Notes under the pieces: generated by a model
Databases searched by the model: none
What the model was told of the DNA's origin: nothing
Seen by the model: only the letters and a program-made list of their open reading frames with translations
Program-made: the position numbers and the translations under genes
From: Phoronis australis
Taxonomy: Eukaryota; Animalia; Phoronida
Direction: 5' to 3'
DNA length: 52,876 nt
Assembly (NCBI GenBank): GCA_002633005.1
Contig: NMRA01001042.1
Span: 12,177-65,052 of the forward strand
Shown here: positions 49,586 to 52,876 of the stretch, piece by piece
Numbering within the stretch: the first letter of the stretch is position 1
Layout of the letters: every line of letters starts with the position of its first letter

Positions 49586-49819
49586 TTCTTAGTAAAGGGG
49601 GCCAGAATACTGAGTCGGCTGCGAGGAATCTCGAGAGTAAAGGTGCCACGATATACGTTGTAATACCATCATCACTGAGTCACACGAGCTCAGCTTATGT
49701 GGAATTGTCATCAGTGGCCACAGATCCCGACTCCAAACATCTCATGGAGGTCAACAGTTACGCGGATCTATCCACCCTCGACATAGGCCCACTAACACCA
49801 GCCAGTTGCTCATCAACAG
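49586..49819 (+). CDS. vWA domain type A, C-terminal exon (unit 2)
   Basis: Two synonymous changes vs 40645-40878; same splice sites. Confidence 0.85.
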
Positions 49820-50768
49820 GTATTTATTAATTAATCAAATTGATTTATTGATATTGATAAGACTGAAACATTAATCATCTCAACAAGACTACTTTTAAGT
49901 GCGCTTGCTATAATGATAAAAACGGTTGGTGAAACCAAAAGCAATCTTCAGATTCTTGGTGGCGACAGAAAAAATTGATACTTAGCATGCCAAGCAATTT
50001 GTACAATGTTCTGCAACAACTACGTTTCTCGACAATTTGAAGAAATGTATATTTATTTACACACAAACAACAGTGAACGGTATGTTTACCCGGGGATCGC
50101 CATTTGGCATTATATAAAGACAGAAAAGAAAATATTGTATGCACACAAAATTGTAAATAGACTGCACCGTTGTGTATTGAACACATTATGTATAACACTG
50201 TACTGTAGACTTGACGAAATATTGTGCAACGGCGCTCATGAAACGTTATGAACGCAACCCTCCTGTTGCTCAGTTATTTATGCTTGTATTCATTGAACAC
50301 GGCTATAAATTATACTGATCGAGTTGTACCTTTTCCTTTTTATACGGTTTCTTAATCAACAGGTATGATAAAAAGCCATGTTGTGCCCGAAAATCGCATT
50401 AAGAGTAGATTCTTGCGAGTTTGGCGACACCAAATAAGTTCATCACAAGCGAAGTATGAGATCTTGTTAGCTTTCACTCGCGAATATTGAAAGTAAGAAA
50501 CGGGTCCCTGCATACATGTATCTTTGTGTAATTCATTAAACCTGGAGTGGCATCGACGAGCAGCTCAGTGCGCGTAAAATTTAAAAATGGAAAATAATTC
50601 AATCACCTGACAACGATTGCCGGTGTCTTTCACTGAGATCATCAATGAAAACATTTTATGGAAATACGTGATCAAATTTAATACCATTAGCAAACGGCAC
50701 AAAGCTCCCCAAATCAACAGTACCCAACGAAATGGTTGTTTCAATATAGATATTGTCGTCCACTATAG

Positions 50769-51098
50769 GGAGCTGTCAAACAACAGATGGAATCCTACTC
50801 TTAGATACGTCTGACGCAGTAACCTCCAACGATTTTCAAGAGCTCAAAAGGTTTTCAAAAGAAATCGTGAATGCCTGGGACTTCTCGTCCTCGACGATGT
50901 CTGTGATTAACTTTGGAAAGAAGAACAGTGAAGAGATATCCTTCTCCACGAGCAAGTCTGCTGTGATCTCAGCTATTGACGGCATGAATCAGAAAGGTGG
51001 GGATGCATTCACTCACCAGGCTCTGAATGTGGCGAAACAGAGTTTGAAGCAAAACAGGCGAAGCGGCAAAACGTGGATTGTTATTTTGATCAGTGCAG
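50769..51098 (+). CDS. vWA domain type B, N-terminal exon
   Basis: tag/gtaaga, 330 bp, phase 1-1; SCQTTDGILLLDTSDAVTSNDFQELKRF...KGGDAFTHQAL...IVILISA. Confidence 0.85.
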
Positions 51099-51314
51099 GT
51101 AAGAGTTGAATAGGCCTAGGAATGTTTGCTTCTGTCGANAGAATTCAATCACCTGACAACGATTGCCGGTGTCTTTCACTGAGATCATCAATGAAAACAT
51201 TTTATGGAAATACGTACTCAAAATTAATGCCATTAGCAAACGGCACAATGGTCCCCAAATCAACAGTACCCAACGAAATGGTTGTTTCAATATAGATATT
51301 GTCGTCCATTATAG

Positions 51315-51644
51315 GGAGCTGTCAAGCAACAGATGGAATCCTACTCTTAGATACGTCTGACGCGGTAACCTCCAACGATTTTCAAGAGCTCAAAAGGTTT
51401 TCAAAAGAAATCGTGAATGCCTGGGACTTCTCGTCCTCGACGATGTCTGTGATTAACTTTGGAAAGAAGAACAGTGAAGAGATATCTTTCTCCACGAGCA
51501 CGTCTGCTGTGATCTCAGCTATTGACGGCATGAATCAGAAAGGTGGGGATGCATTCACTCACCAGGCTCTGAATGTGGCGAAACAGAGTTTGAAGCAAAA
51601 CAAGCGAAGCGGCAAAACGTGGATTGTTATTTTGATCAGTGCAG
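51315..51644 (+). CDS. vWA domain type B, N-terminal exon, second copy across a single-N join
   Basis: Near-identical to 50769-51098 (T>A, K>T, R>K); the duplicated block flanks the N at 51139. Confidence 0.75.
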
Positions 51645-52335
51645 GTAAGAGTTGAATAGGCCTAGGAATGTTTGCTTCTGTTGACTCCAACTTACTTCCG
51701 CCCTGAGATCTACATCAGTTTTAGACCCCTTTATCTCCAGTAGACACCTGTTTTACCTCCACTCCCTGCCGACGGCACTAATACCCTCCCCTCTTAGGTT
51801 ACTTTAGCAGATTAGTAGCAATGGAAACTTTGTGGGAGCTGGGAACGAATTAATGCAATTTCTCCAAACTTTTGCCCAAGGTCAGTGCATCAAAGTTCCC
51901 TGATGCATCATAAATTGAACGCGATTAGTGTACAATAGTCTATGAACCGTTGGACATTCCTAGATACATAAGTATGCAAATCAGAACCCGTGCTGGGAAT
52001 AACTTTGGTCATCACATGGCAACACAGTATGAAAGCTAAAGGTACACGAATTCTGAGTTGATCACCGGTTGTTAAGTGGCAAACCTTTTTTGAAACCCGT
52101 AATTTGCAGCTGGATTTTTTGGACAATTCACAAAGAGTTGCTATCAGATACATGTATCTGACGGGCAACCGGGAGAGCATGGGAGACCGTGCATCCCACG
52201 GAGGGTTGGGCGCCCTCCCCTAAAAAGTCTTACAGTTTAATTTGCAATCTAAAATCATAGAAAGATTATGATTTCCATTACTTTGAGCACTTCAAAGATG
52301 CATTGTAACTATGCCGTTTCATCACTGTTTTGCAG

Positions 52336-52876
52336 TGTTAAGTAAAGGTGGGCAAAACACTGAAGCAGCAGCGAGAAACATTGAGAAAGAAGGTGCAATG
52401 AATTACGTAATCATCCCTGCATCACTTGACCACTCCAGCAATGCATACGTGGAATTATCGTCTGTTGCCACCGACCCGGACTCAAAAACACTTACTGAAG
52501 CTACAAGTTACTCTGCGCTGAGCTTGTTGCAAGTGCAAACGCTTGTGTCAAATGCATGTCCACAGGAGACGACAACCACTGCCCAAGCGCCAACAACGAG
52601 CACTGAAGCACCAACAACGACGACGGAAAGGCGAACGACGACTACGGAAGCACCAACAACTACCACACAAGCGCTAGATACAACTACACAGGTGCCAATC
52701 ACAACTACACAGATGGCAACCACGACTACACCGACACCAACAACGACTGTACAAGCGCCAACAACGACTACAAAAGCGCCAGCCACAACTACACAAGCAC
52801 CAACAACGACTACACAGGCGCCAACCACGACAACACAGGTCCCAACCTCGACTACACAGGTACCAACCACGACTAC
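52336..52876 (+). CDS. vWA type B C-terminal half + Thr-rich repeat (unit 2, partial)
   Basis: Paralog of 41892-42353; open to window end with at least 14 heptads. Confidence 0.88.

Larger units (their letters stand above)
42349..52876 (+). repeat. Tandem gene cassette, unit 2 (runs off window)
   Basis: Same exon/intron/LINE order as unit 1, plus a Kolobok insertion and lacking ~1.06 kb (38359-39425). Confidence 0.9.

Overview
AT-rich, intron- and repeat-rich eukaryotic DNA from a draft assembly, probably an invertebrate animal. It has two long N gaps and several single-N contig joins. Host coding sequence, all on the + strand with phase-1 introns, is (i) three Ig-like exons at 5405-5737, 5874-6203 and 17029-17328 and (ii) a probably secreted vWA/mucin-like gene. 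The latter has a candidate signal-peptide exon at 33935 followed by a tandemly duplicated ~8-10 kb cassette [vWA-A]-[vWA-B]-[Thr-rich 7-aa repeats] that runs off the window end; its vWA domains lack a canonical MIDAS. The rest is mostly transposons: a 7.3 kb CAC-terminal (Chapaev-like) relic, a decayed Gmr1-type Gypsy LTR element (PR-IN-RT-RH order), two Kolobok copies, a Penelope-like fragment, L1/Tx1 and RTE-X-like LINE relics, and several MITEs. One Kolobok copy has both ends, 158-bp TIRs, a TTAA TSD, and its empty site visible in the paralogous cassette. No prokaryotic features or CRISPR arrays were found. Family assignments come from remembered motifs, not database searches.
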